Shown: positions 43,171-52,352, counted from the first letter of the stretch. The stretch: DNA of 64,000 nucleotides from an uncultured Verrucomicrobiae bacterium (GCA_963735805.1 CAVTMK010000002.1:1632001-1696000); one strand, 5' to 3'. Made by a program: numbers and translations. The notes: generated by a model from the letters alone, not told the origin.

Positions 43171-44613
43171 CTACTTTGGCATTGCTTCAGACGGGCCTTG
43201 GACTCTCACAACCGGCGGTGGATTCCATTTACCGGTGAGTGCATCTTCTTTCGGAGCATAGAGACGCATGGTCAGGTTGAATGCTCCGTTGGGAGCTGGC
43301 AACCAGTTCGCTTCCTTGCCAGCGCCTGGGTTTTCATTTTGGAAGTACAGATCAAGCGAGCCATCGGCGTTGTGCTTGAATGGCATCCAACTGCTCACGG
43401 CGAACCGGTTCAGAGCATTGGCAACCTGGAATCCTTCCGTGTCGTACAGCGTGATCGACCAGAACGCGTCGACTGGCGGCAACTGAGTCTTATCGAAGTG
43501 AACAGTGTATTTGTTGGCGCCATCGAGCGGCTTGCCAGTTTCATCCCCCAGATTCTGCGGATAGATGGCATCTTCTGGAACGTTCGCTCCCAGACCCATC
43601 TGCGCGACGATTGCGCGCTTGAGATAATAATTGCCGTAAACGCCCATCGTGTCTGTGTTCATCGACCAATAGTTCACGACTCGAGCGAGCGTTGGTACTT
43701 TCCACTTCATGAGTTCCTGTGCATCCTTGGGAGCGCTTGTCAGCGCCTTTTGCTCAGCCGGATCCAGCTTCGCAAAATCGAAACCCTTCCCAATCTCGAT
43801 CCCAATGCGTTTCATGCGGGCAATGATTGGCTCGTCAGTGATGTGCGGTGGGTTAACCTTCAAAAGCTCGGCAGCGTAAGCGAAATACTTGTCTGCCGGC
43901 ATCGTATCCACTTGAACCTTTGGTGGAGTCTTCATGTCCACTGTCGCGTCAACTTTGCCGGTTACAGGCGCAGGGGTCTTTCCCCATTGCGAAAGAGGTG
44001 TGACTTTATAACCAGCCTGAATCTTGTGAACCGCGTCATAGTCGGTCGGTCCATCGGTTTTTGTCCGACCAATAATCCATACGTAAGGCGTCGGCGCCTT
44101 GATCTGTTGCATGCCGTCAGGCACCGAGCCCGCCCAACCCGGCGGCGTAACGAGGAAATTGGCCGCCTGCGTCCCAGTTGTGCGCCAGCCTGGCGACGCA
44201 AACACGTCCGTCCACATGTCGAGCATCGGCAACAGATAATAACGTCCGCCGGTGTCCGCCACGGAAACGACGATCGGTTCTTTAGTAAGATCTAACCACG
44301 CACTGGAATACAGGGTGTCGAAGTTAGGTCGGACAACGACCCTCATATCTGCCGTCGGATAGGCTGGAATGTTCGCGAAGGTGTTCATCGGCGCACTGAT
44401 TCCCTCGGCGTGCTCGACATTGGTGAGCTGCTTGCGCGTGATATCCATCGTCACGAATGGATAACAGTACAGGTAAGCCTCGACACCGATAGCGTGCGCC
44501 TCCTCTGGAGAAACAGATTCAGCATGGCTGGCTAGACTGACGTGAAGCGAGCCTGCGGCGATCAGGACACAGGTTAGAGTTCGCTTTAGGAATGAAGATC
44601 TTATTGGTTTCAT
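43171..44613 (-). CDS. DUF1254/DUF1214 domain exported protein
   Basis: VVRPNFDTLYSSAWLDL, RYYLLPMLDMWT, GAN..EDAIYP, FWSITLYD, NWLPAP, MRLYAP. Confidence 0.92.
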   Translation of the reverse strand: MKPIRSSFLKRTLTCVLIAAGSLHVSLASHAESVSPEEAHAIGVEAYLYCYPFVTMDITRKQLTNVEHAEGISAPMNTFANIPAYPTADMRVVVRPNFDTLYSSAWLDLTKEPIVVSVADTGGRYYLLPMLDMWTDVFASPGWRTTGTQAANFLVTPPGWAGSVPDGMQQIKAPTPYVWIIGRTKTDGPTDYDAVHKIQAGYKVTPLSQWGKTPAPVTGKVDATVDMKTPPKVQVDTMPADKYFAYAAELLKVNPPHITDEPIIARMKRIGIEIGKGFDFAKLDPAEQKALTSAPKDAQELMKWKVPTLARVVNYWSMNTDTMGVYGNYYLKRAIVAQMGLGANVPEDAIYPQNLGDETGKPLDGANKYTVHFDKTQLPPVDAFWSITLYDTEGFQVANALNRFAVSSWMPFKHNADGSLDLYFQNENPGAGKEANWLPAPNGAFNLTMRLYAPKEDALTGKWNPPPVVRVQGPSEAMPK

Positions 44614-44680
44614 TGGATTGGTTGATTGGTGCGTCTGTTCGAAAGAAGAAAACTTCTATCGTGCCCGGCGTAGTTTGTCC

Positions 44681-44698
44681 ATAGGACTTTATGGCAAT
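44681..44698 (-). promoter_or_regulatory. Regulon box upstream of DUF1254/1214
   Basis: ATAGGACTTTATGGCAAT; minus strand TGGACA-N17-TAGAAG. Confidence 0.85.
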
Positions 44699-44738
44699 GG
44701 CTATCGCCACGTTACATCGCTTCACTACTGAAATGACT

Positions 44739-44963
44739 CTACTGGCCGTGCTCGACTAGTGCGGGCCGCCTTGCAGGTGATGGATCGGTGCGCCGTCGAG
44801 CGCTTGCGATGCCGCATTCTCGAGTTTCTTGATTAATAGTCGTCGTCGCGCTGGGCAAACCCGGTGTGCCGGTGGTTTGTATTTCTGCTCTTGTACAGGG
44901 GGCAATCGCCATGACTGCAGCGATGAGCATCCCGCTAAGGAAGGTTTGTTGTGCTAATTTCAT
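44739..44963 (-). pseudogene. N-terminal stub of an arylsulfatase
   Basis: Signal peptide plus QTTGTPGLPSATTTIN matches QVTGELGSPSATTTID of the 48018 sulfatase; unrelated sequence follows. Confidence 0.75.
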
Positions 44964-45037
44964 AGGTGCTAGTCTGATCTGTTATTGTTTCTTCATCCAA
45001 GTACGCGCAATCTTGCTGCATCTGTCGTGGCCCACAT

Positions 45038-45055
45038 ATAAGACCTTAGAGCTAC
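45038..45055 (-). promoter_or_regulatory. Regulon box upstream of the sulfatase stub
   Basis: ATAAGACCTTAGAGCTAC; CAAGAT at 45010-45015. Confidence 0.7.
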
Positions 45056-45095
45056 GCACAAAAACAGCAGTAAGTTAAACACTATCGGCCTGTTG

Positions 45096-45464
45096 TTATG
45101 TTGCTTCATTTTGTTGCAGGTTTAACCAAGCTCGCGTGAGAAGCAGCGTGACGACCGCATGCAGCACAACTGCTGGCCACAGCACCGGGCCGACCCACTC
45201 GCCGCGAACGCCAAGATAAGAGAGGTATGCAGTAACAAGCGCGCCGTAGACTAGCATACCGAGCAATGCCGGGCCCGGCCAGCAGGCAACCGCTAATGCG
45301 ATCAAGGTGATGCCGAGCACACGCGCTACTGGTATGGCGACGCCTGTAGATTCCGCCCCGAGTAAGAGCCGCCCCACCAGAGACGGAGCGATCATCAACG
45401 CCAGACCTGTGGCTGCTTCGATCGTGGCGGCTAGGATCAGCAGTTGCTTCATCTCGATGCGCAA
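45096..45464 (-). CDS. Small 4-TM hypothetical membrane protein
   Basis: EAATGLAL..AP, LWPAVVLH; directly downstream of the sulfatase. Confidence 0.7.
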   Translation of the reverse strand: MRIEMKQLLILAATIEAATGLALMIAPSLVGRLLLGAESTGVAIPVARVLGITLIALAVACWPGPALLGMLVYGALVTAYLSYLGVRGEWVGPVLWPAVVLHAVVTLLLTRAWLNLQQNEAT

Positions 45465-45498
45465 GCCTCGTCTTTTGCTGCTCCTGTTCCTTGCCCGC

Positions 45499-48018
45499 TT
45501 AGTCCGTGGCTAGGGCGAGCTTCTCTTCAATAGCCCGCTGTTCCGCCGCCGTCATTTGCGATGGGCCGAGCTTGATTGTGAGCTTGTCAATTGTGCCGGT
45601 AAACTTGAACGGTAACTTGTAACTCTCGTCCACTCCCGTGCCGGTATCCAGGCCGATGTCGAAGGTTTCGTCAACGGTCATGATCAACGGAATCGTGTGC
45701 GCGATTGTCTTCTTCGCCAACTCCCTGCCGTCCACGGTCAACACGCCAGTACCGCCCTTGCCGGGGCCAGGGCCGTCGTATTTGAAGTTAAACACGAGTG
45801 TGTGCTTGCCAGGCGCGAGCGCACGGCCAAGGAAGTCTTGGCCTAGTTTACCACCTATGCCGCCCTCCCAGCGAAATCGCTCCATATCAAGCAGGTTGTA
45901 GGCGAAGACCGGCTTGCCTTTCTGCAGGAACATTCCGTAGCCGCCGAAACGTCCGCCTAACGTCACGATCATTCCCTCCGCGCCGCCTTTAGGAACCGTT
46001 ATCTCTGCCGTGATGGTGTAGTCCTTATCCAAGATGCCAGGCGCATTGCCGAAGGGAATGCCGACGTTCACACCCGTGTACGTGAATTCTGTTTTGCCGA
46101 CGGTCGTGCTCGGCTTCGGCGCGAGCACGCGCACAAAGCCGGAGTTGTCCAAGGGGAAGACCTGGTATTTTGCCGCCTCAGTCAGGAACAATGCCTGCAT
46201 TTCCTTTAGTTTGTCCGGCTGCTGCGCAGCGAGGTCGTTGTTCTCGGAATAATCGTTGGCGACGTTGTAGAGTTCCCATTTATAGCTGCTTAACGGAGGC
46301 ATCGTAGCTCCGAGGAGCCAGGGCGCGGATGGCGGCGTCGTAGCAGCAATCCAGCCGTCGTGATAGATCGCGCGGTTGCCAACCATCTCGAAGTATTGCG
46401 TCTCATGTTTCGACGGCGCATCCGCATTGGTCTTGTCGAACGTGTAGGCCATGCTAACGCCTTCAATCGGTTTCTGCGGGATACCGTTGACTAAATCGGG
46501 AGCCTTGATGCCGGTGGTTTCAAGAATGGTGGGTACGATGTCAATGACATGGTGAAACTGCGTGCGTATAGCGCCCGCATCCGTGATGTGGCCGGGCCAG
46601 GAAATGGCCACGCCTTGCCGGGTGCCTCCGAAATGCGACGCCACTTGTTTGGTCCACTTGAACGGCGTGTCAAAGGCCCACGTCCAGCCCACCGCCATGT
46701 GCGGATAAGTCTTGTCCGAACCCCAATCTTCATAGTGCAGCAACTGCAACGCTTCCGGCAATTTCAGAATGCCGTTGTAAGCCGTCAACGTATTGTAGGT
46801 GCCCTCCAACGTGCCTTCGGGACTCGTGCCGTTGTCGCCGCAGATGTAGATGATAAGCGTGTTGTCGAGCTTGCTTTCATCCTGAACCTCCTGGATCACG
46901 CGGCCGATTTCATAATCGGTGTAGGCAGCGTACGCGGCAAAGACTTCGGCCTGGCGGATGCAAAGTTTCTTTTGGATCGGCGAGAGCGAATCCCAGCGGG
47001 GCAGCTTCGCGCCGCCAAATTCGGCCTGTCCGTCCGGCCATTGCGTTAGTTGCGTGTCGGCCGGGATGACGCCCAGCTTCTTCTGGTTTTCGAAGATCGT
47101 CTCACGCAACTTTTCCCAGCCGTTGTCGAACAGGTGCATCGCGTGGATCTTGTCAATCCACTCCTTTGTGGGCTGATGCGGCGAATGCGTGCCCCCGGGC
47201 ACGTAATAAAGAAAGAACGGCTTGTCCGGGGCAACCGCGTTCATGCCGTGCAAATACTTGACGGCCTCATCCGCCATGTCGGTGGTCAGGTTGTAACCCG
47301 GATGCCCAACCCACGGGGCAATCTGCGTGTGATCCTTGAACAAGTAAGGCGTCCACTGGTCGGTCTCGCCACCCATGAATCCGTAGAAATACTCGAAACC
47401 CATACCCGAAGGCCATTGGTCGTAAGGCCCGGCCAGACTGTATTGATAGGTGGGAGTGTTATGTTCCTTGCCGAACCAAGAGGTGGCGTAGCCATTCTCC
47501 TTAAGGATTTCTGCGATGGTCGCCTTGTCCGGCTCAATGACGGAATCATAGCCCGGATAGCCAGTGGCCAATTCGCCGACCACGCCGAAGCCCACCGAGT
47601 GATGATTGCGACCGGTGATCAAAGCGGCACGCGTAGGCGAGCAGAGCGCGGTAGAATGAAACTGCGTGTAACGCAAACCCGCGCGCGCCACACGATCCAA
47701 CGCGGGTGTCGGAATGACGCCGCCGAACGTGCTCGAAATACCGTAGCCCTGGTCATCGGTCATGATAAGCAGAATGTTGGGTGCCCCCTTTGGCGGCACG
47801 ACGCGCGGCGGCCACCAAGGCCTGGAATCCGTAACGCTTTCCTTGATTACGCCGCCAAACGGCATTGGTGGCGGCGGGAGTTGTTTCCCGTCAATCGTCG
47901 TGGTCGCGCTGGGCGAGCCAAGTTCGCCGGTGACTTGTTGTGCGTTAAGTGAAATCGTCACCATTACTAGCACGCAAGTGTAAATACCGTGAAAAAAGGT
48001 GCGTCTGAGTGTTCTCAT
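45499..48018 (-). CDS. Exported arylsulfatase (Cys-type, long form)
   Basis: IMTDD, CSPTRAALITGR, FGKEH, GDNG; paralog of 7579-10062. Leader LRRTFF is Tat-like. Confidence 0.93.
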   Translation of the reverse strand: MRTLRRTFFHGIYTCVLVMVTISLNAQQVTGELGSPSATTTIDGKQLPPPPMPFGGVIKESVTDSRPWWPPRVVPPKGAPNILLIMTDDQGYGISSTFGGVIPTPALDRVARAGLRYTQFHSTALCSPTRAALITGRNHHSVGFGVVGELATGYPGYDSVIEPDKATIAEILKENGYATSWFGKEHNTPTYQYSLAGPYDQWPSGMGFEYFYGFMGGETDQWTPYLFKDHTQIAPWVGHPGYNLTTDMADEAVKYLHGMNAVAPDKPFFLYYVPGGTHSPHQPTKEWIDKIHAMHLFDNGWEKLRETIFENQKKLGVIPADTQLTQWPDGQAEFGGAKLPRWDSLSPIQKKLCIRQAEVFAAYAAYTDYEIGRVIQEVQDESKLDNTLIIYICGDNGTSPEGTLEGTYNTLTAYNGILKLPEALQLLHYEDWGSDKTYPHMAVGWTWAFDTPFKWTKQVASHFGGTRQGVAISWPGHITDAGAIRTQFHHVIDIVPTILETTGIKAPDLVNGIPQKPIEGVSMAYTFDKTNADAPSKHETQYFEMVGNRAIYHDGWIAATTPPSAPWLLGATMPPLSSYKWELYNVANDYSENNDLAAQQPDKLKEMQALFLTEAAKYQVFPLDNSGFVRVLAPKPSTTVGKTEFTYTGVNVGIPFGNAPGILDKDYTITAEITVPKGGAEGMIVTLGGRFGGYGMFLQKGKPVFAYNLLDMERFRWEGGIGGKLGQDFLGRALAPGKHTLVFNFKYDGPGPGKGGTGVLTVDGRELAKKTIAHTIPLIMTVDETFDIGLDTGTGVDESYKLPFKFTGTIDKLTIKLGPSQMTAAEQRAIEEKLALATD

Positions 48019-48097
48019 TAGTGCTAATTTCTTTCGTTGCCACTCAGCTAACTCATCTAAGTGAGCGCAATACTGCCACGCCTTACGGGATTTCCCT

Positions 48098-48115
48098 ATG
48101 GGACTTTAGGCCTAT
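48098..48115 (-). promoter_or_regulatory. Regulon box upstream of the long sulfatase
   Basis: ATGGGACTTTAGGCCTAT (most symmetric copy); TGG-CAGTAT at 48070-48075. Confidence 0.85.
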
Positions 48116-48127
48116 GGCTATGTTCCG

Positions 48128-48159
48128 CGTTACATCGTTAAAACGTTGAAACGTTAAAA
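48128..48159. repeat. 8-bp tandem repeat (CGTTAAAA-like) x4
   Basis: CGTTACAT CGTTAAAA CGTTGAAA CGTTAAAA. Confidence 0.75.
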
Positions 48160-48260
48160 CGACAAGGCGCTGCGAATTTTCGCAACCACCGATCGCCTCC
48201 GGCGGGACGGACGTGGGTTGTTTTTGTCGATAGAACGCGCGAGCCTGAGCGCTTGCTCCC

Positions 48261-48710
48261 TCAATTGGTTAGGTTGACCTCAAATGCCTGCGCTCCAAGG
48301 GAAGAGGCCAGGCCTTCGGTCTCGCCGGCGAGATACATGGTCACGCCATTCTGGTTTGTCAGCTTGGCGTGCATCTTTCCCTCGATCAGTGTGAGTCCGC
48401 GGCTGATGCCGTGGTAAGTTCCCGAGAAGCTGGAGAGGTTATTTAGATTATAGACTTTGCCAGTGGCGGAGACCTTTTGAGCGCCCGAGCCGCCAAGGCC
48501 GCCACCAGAGATGGTGAAATGATGTGCCCGGCCGTTGTAATATAGAGTGCCTTTTCCGGTTTCAGCCTGAGCGTAGTAGGCAGCCGACCACTCGTGAATC
48601 CTGACAGTAGCCGAGGGTGGCGTACTCGGGGCCTGAGTCATTGATGCACAGCCAGCGATTAGGAGTAATGCGATGCCCGCGAAAGCGGAATTGATGAAGT
48701 TGGTTTTCAT
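48261..48710 (-). CDS. Hypothetical lipoprotein (EipA/DUF1134-like beta fold possible)
   Basis: IAGC lipobox; GKGTL.YNG, GKVYNL..L..F.G.Y, NQNGV. Confidence 0.7.
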   Translation of the reverse strand: MKTNFINSAFAGIALLLIAGCASMTQAPSTPPSATVRIHEWSAAYYAQAETGKGTLYYNGRAHHFTISGGGLGGSGAQKVSATGKVYNLNNLSSFSGTYHGISRGLTLIEGKMHAKLTNQNGVTMYLAGETEGLASSLGAQAFEVNLTN

Positions 48711-48794
48711 GATTTCGAAGTTTTTGGTTGGTTTTATAGAATTGGATTTTCTCAGTTAAGATTCGAATCTTGTCACGGCGCCGGCGAAACGCAT

Positions 48795-48812
48795 ATAGGA
48801 CTTTAGGGCAAT
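48795..48812 (-). promoter_or_regulatory. Regulon box (consensus) upstream of the 48710 lipoprotein
   Basis: ATAGGACTTTAGGGCAAT; TGA-CAAGAT at 48767-48772. Confidence 0.85.
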
Positions 48813-48965
48813 ACGAAGTGTAAGGCCGCGTCCGACACTGCTTTTCTCGCTAATGTGGAAGCACGCTATCGGAATCACGCTTTGAGGCTATGTGCCGATT
48901 CGACTTGACTTGCTCCCGTGAATAATGACGATTCCGTTCCAGATTAATAAGGAGAAACGAAGAAT

Positions 48966-49331
48966 ATGAGAAAAAACATCGGTCTAATTACGGCGACTCT
49001 GTGCGTCGGAATGGTTATCACTTCGGCAGCGACGTCCCATGCTCAAAAGGCGGGCGCAATGTCGAAAGCTGAGGCGATATCGCAGCAGCTTGGCCTTACC
49101 CCGCAGCAAAAGGTCAAGATCCTGCCGATCCTTCGCGACGAATTACCGAAGGTAGAAGCGATCAAAAAGGATAACTCGCTCTCGAGGATGCAGAAGGTGC
49201 AACAGATCAAAGCTATTCATCAGCAGACTGATCCTCAAATGAAGGCGATTCTTTCGCCTGCCCAGTACGAAAAGCTAAAGGCGATTCGTTTGCAGGCAAT
49301 CAAGGACGCTACCCAATCGTTTGGCAGATAA
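48966..49331 (+). CDS. Small periplasmic helical protein, Spy/CpxP-like (LTxxQ motifs)
   Basis: AAGGAG RBS, signal peptide, LGLTPQQK and ILSPAQY. Confidence 0.7.
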   Translation: MRKNIGLITATLCVGMVITSAATSHAQKAGAMSKAEAISQQLGLTPQQKVKILPILRDELPKVEAIKKDNSLSRMQKVQQIKAIHQQTDPQMKAILSPAQYEKLKAIRLQAIKDATQSFGR

Positions 49332-49475
49332 GTCGACTGTAGCCCAGAGAACCAGGTTTTATCACCGTGGAGTTGGGCGTTGGAGCCGTATTGGGCTAAC
49401 TGCAGCAAGGGTATCTATCCGGGCCATACCCATATGTGTTGTTCGGCGCCCCTAACAAGATGGCGACGGTTTCTA

Positions 49476-50786
49476 TTAACGTGACGTAGCGCGGCGCGTG
49501 AGCGCGGCACGTCCAACTACGCCGACGGCAAGCAATCCAAGCGCCGCGAGTCCGTTAAAAGAGTCCCCAAACAGCATCGCAACCAAAAAGATTATGCCAC
49601 CGACAATAACCACCCAAACCGACCATGGATATAACCATGCCCGATACGGCCGTGGAAAATCAGGTTCTCGACGCCGAAGTTTAATCAGGGCGCAACAACA
49701 GAGGGAGTAGTTGACCGCCAGGAAAAATGACGTCATCGCGACCAATCGTTGGAATGTTCCGGTAACAATAAGTGCGACAGCGATCGCTGTAGTTACAAAC
49801 GTAGCAGTGTCCGGCGTGCCAGCTGCATTCACCGTCGAGGTGCGCGCCCAGAACAACCGGTCGCGTCCCATAGCAAAAATGACGCGTGTACCCATCATGA
49901 TGACGGCGTTTAGCAGAGGCACAAGCGAGATCACTGACAATAGCGTGATAAGGTCCCGGCCGTGCGCGCCGGCGATAACGCGCGCGGCATCGGCGGCGGG
50001 TAGCGTTGCGCCAGAGAGCTGAGACATAGGTAGTACCTTGATCAGCGCGATATTTACCAGCAGGTAGATACCTATCACCGACAAGACACCGCCAATCATC
50101 ACTCGCGGGAGATTGCGCGACGGGTCGCGATCTTCCTCGACGAAATACAAAGGGCTTTGCCAACCGCCGTATGTAATGACAATCGCCTGCAGTGCAATGA
50201 TGACGCCGCCGAATGTCATCGATGACGCCATACCTGGCGAGACCTGTCCACGCGCTGGCACAATAAGACACATGGCAACCAGAGCCAAAAACGCGACGCA
50301 TTTTAGTGCAGTAGTTACCTCTTGAAACTGACTGCTGACACGGATTCCGAGCCATTGCAAGCCTACAACAGCAACAAGGATTGAAACCGCGACGAATCGA
50401 ATGGCATTGCCGGGTATCGGGGTTATAACCGTTAAGAATTCGGAGATGGCGATCGAGACATATGCCAGTATCGAGCAGTACGTGAACCAGTCAGTCCATC
50501 CCACGGCAAATCCGGCTGTGTTGCCGAAAGCGCGGCGCACATAAACGTAATACCCCCCGGCTCGTGGCAGCATACTGCCCAACTCAGTCAGACAGCTCGC
50601 GCAAAGCAGGGTGTACAGCCCTGCAGCGATCCATAACAAAAGAACTGCGGTTGGCGTATGAAGTTGTGCCGCGACTAGCCCCGGCGTGCGAAGAATGCCC
50701 ACGCCAATCGTAGCGCCCACGCTTACCGCCAGACCGAACCCAATCCCAAGAACGCGTCGAAGGTGACCGGACTTTTGGGACATCAT
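49476..50786 (-). CDS. APC-family amino acid permease
   Basis: TIGVGI..TPG, ELGSMLPRAGG.Y.Y, YGGW, EE..DP.RNLPR, RPYRAW.YP. Confidence 0.9.
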   Translation of the reverse strand: MMSQKSGHLRRVLGIGFGLAVSVGATIGVGILRTPGLVAAQLHTPTAVLLLWIAAGLYTLLCASCLTELGSMLPRAGGYYVYVRRAFGNTAGFAVGWTDWFTYCSILAYVSIAISEFLTVITPIPGNAIRFVAVSILVAVVGLQWLGIRVSSQFQEVTTALKCVAFLALVAMCLIVPARGQVSPGMASSMTFGGVIIALQAIVITYGGWQSPLYFVEEDRDPSRNLPRVMIGGVLSVIGIYLLVNIALIKVLPMSQLSGATLPAADAARVIAGAHGRDLITLLSVISLVPLLNAVIMMGTRVIFAMGRDRLFWARTSTVNAAGTPDTATFVTTAIAVALIVTGTFQRLVAMTSFFLAVNYSLCCCALIKLRRREPDFPRPYRAWLYPWSVWVVIVGGIIFLVAMLFGDSFNGLAALGLLAVGVVGRAALTRRATSR

Positions 50787-50892
50787 GGCAACGCTAAGTG
50801 TGAGACTGGTAAATCCTCAGTCAGTCATGGAGTTCTCAGTTTCATCACAGGGTGAGTTTTCCATGCAGCCTAACTGGGAAGTGCGGGACTAG

Positions 50893-50999
50893 GTCTGACG
50901 AGACACAAGATCAGCGACCATGCGAGCGGGGAATGACACTCGGATGCGCTCAAATCTAGACGCAAGGACAGTCCGCTTCGCTGCATCGCCTGGTTTGAC
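50893..50999 (-). mobile_element. attC site (degenerate R boxes) of the GNAT cassette
   Basis: GTCAAAC-CAGGC-GATGCAGC ... GCTGATC-TTGTGTCTC-GTCAGAC. Confidence 0.75.
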
Positions 51000-51018
51000 G
51001 CCGACGTTCCATAAGTGA

Positions 51019-51876
51019 TCAGTAGAGTATCGAAGGAAGAAAAGCTCCGGTGGGTTCGTTGTAGAGACCAATGCTCATGAGCGTCATTGGCTGCACCACT
51101 CGCAGGCCATGCTCCAGACACCAGAGGAAAAGCTCCGCATTGCGCGTCGGCACGAGGAAGCCCGGTCCTCCGAAAGCAGGCGCGGCGCCGATGAGAGCCT
51201 TCAGCCCTTCGTTTGTTTCCGCCACAGCGTGGCCGAAGAATGCGATCGAGCTCGAATATCCGACGATATGTCCCGCGTGTTCGACAACGGTCGCGGTTGT
51301 TTTTTTGATCGCGTCGCGCAATTCGCCCACGCGCTCATGGCCGTGCACTTTCGCACAGATCTCGTTACACGGGCCGAGATCAAGCTCGGTGGCAGGCCGC
51401 GTGCTGTAACCTGGAATGTGCACGGCAAGTGCGGGCCCTTGCATGGTGGAAAGTGGCTCTCGGGCTACGAATCCCAATCTCGCATAGAGCGATAGCGAGC
51501 GGTTGTGATACGCGGCCTGAAGTAATCGTACCCCCGGGAAGCGCTGCTGCTTTACTCGGTCAAGAGCATGCTGCATGAGCTGACGCCCGACCGCACGATT
51601 CTGCACCGCGGAATCAACCGTGATTGGGCCGAGGCCAGCTATAGTCGAACGCTCGTCGAGGAAGTTGCTGCCGACGATCGTGCCATCGCATTCGGCGACA
51701 ACCGAATAGAAACCAGTGTTGGCAAGCAAGCTAGCGAGTAGCCCACGCGCGACTTCTTGCGATGGAAAATCTGGCGGGAAATTGTGCTGCTCAGCGACTG
51801 CCTTAAAGGCGTTGTAACAGATCTCGCCACAACGCTCGGCATCTGCGGGGGTACCAGGTCGCAGCGTGATATTCAT
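51019..51876 (-). CDS. GNAT N-acetyltransferase (gene cassette)
   Basis: LRP.T..D, GPITVD..VQNRAVGRQL, SLSLYARLGF. The ATG overlaps the R' box (GCTAGATG). Confidence 0.88.
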   Translation of the reverse strand: MNITLRPGTPADAERCGEICYNAFKAVAEQHNFPPDFPSQEVARGLLASLLANTGFYSVVAECDGTIVGSNFLDERSTIAGLGPITVDSAVQNRAVGRQLMQHALDRVKQQRFPGVRLLQAAYHNRSLSLYARLGFVAREPLSTMQGPALAVHIPGYSTRPATELDLGPCNEICAKVHGHERVGELRDAIKKTTATVVEHAGHIVGYSSSIAFFGHAVAETNEGLKALIGAAPAFGGPGFLVPTRNAELFLWCLEHGLRVVQPMTLMSIGLYNEPTGAFLPSILY

Positions 51877-52003
51877 CTAGCGAGACATAAGATCAGGGAC
51901 CGCGAGCCCGATGCAACCGTCCACGCAGCCAAAGGGTAAATCGCAAACGTTCACAAAGTAGATCGCAGGCTGTCTCGCGGTTAGCTGCATCGCCTGGCTA
52001 GAC
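51875..52003 (-). mobile_element. attC site of the membrane-protein cassette
   Basis: GTCTAGC-CAGGC-GATGCAGC-TAACCGCGAG ... CTCGCGGTC-CCTGATC-TTATGTCTC-GCTAGAT. Confidence 0.8.
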
Positions 52004-52315
52004 GTTAGCTCGCCACCCGTGGATTAGCCCACCAATAATCAGACCGCCGATTCCGCCGAGGATAAGAATGGGAACGTACTTGTGTGTGATAAGAGCGTCA
52101 GGAAGGCTGATGAGCAGACCAAACAACAGGCCAACAAGCCAGCCTGGCCAGCCCGGTAGCTGGACACAACCAATGACGAATCCAATAGCGAAGCGACTCG
52201 CAAATGCTCCGAGCAAGGCTGCATTCTTGTCGGGAAAAGACATCGGCAGCATAAGGGCGACATCCAGCGCTCCGAATAATATCCCAGCGATCAAACCTAG
52301 AATGACTTTCGACAT
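51998..52315 (-). CDS. Small 4-TM membrane protein (gene cassette)
   Basis: Hydrophobic 105-aa ORF; its stop TAG lies inside the R'' box. Confidence 0.75.
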   Translation of the reverse strand: MSKVILGLIAGILFGALDVALMLPMSFPDKNAALLGAFASRFAIGFVIGCVQLPGWPGWLVGLLFGLLISLPDALITHKYVPILILGGIGGLIIGGLIHGWRANV

Positions 52316-52352
52316 GTGGCATTCTCTAGCGGAAACAGTGAACGCTCACAAG

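Noticed and set aside
14767..48812. 18-bp motif as a CRISPR repeat or IS end
   Set aside because: Spacing is irregular (0.35-10 kb), there is a single orientation, there are no target duplications or transposase, and the phase with -10 hexamers fits an operator.
49394..49447. Fifth attC after the APC permease (GCCGAAC...GTTAGCC on the minus strand)
   Set aside because: It is only 54 bp, its R boxes are non-canonical and it lacks the L boxes of the local family. The GGGTAT/ATACCC hairpin may be a terminator.
50870..51121. Short ORFs 50870-51121, 53125-53346 and 53181-53405
   Set aside because: They are translations of attC sites and of alternate frames or the antisense strand of the cassette genes.
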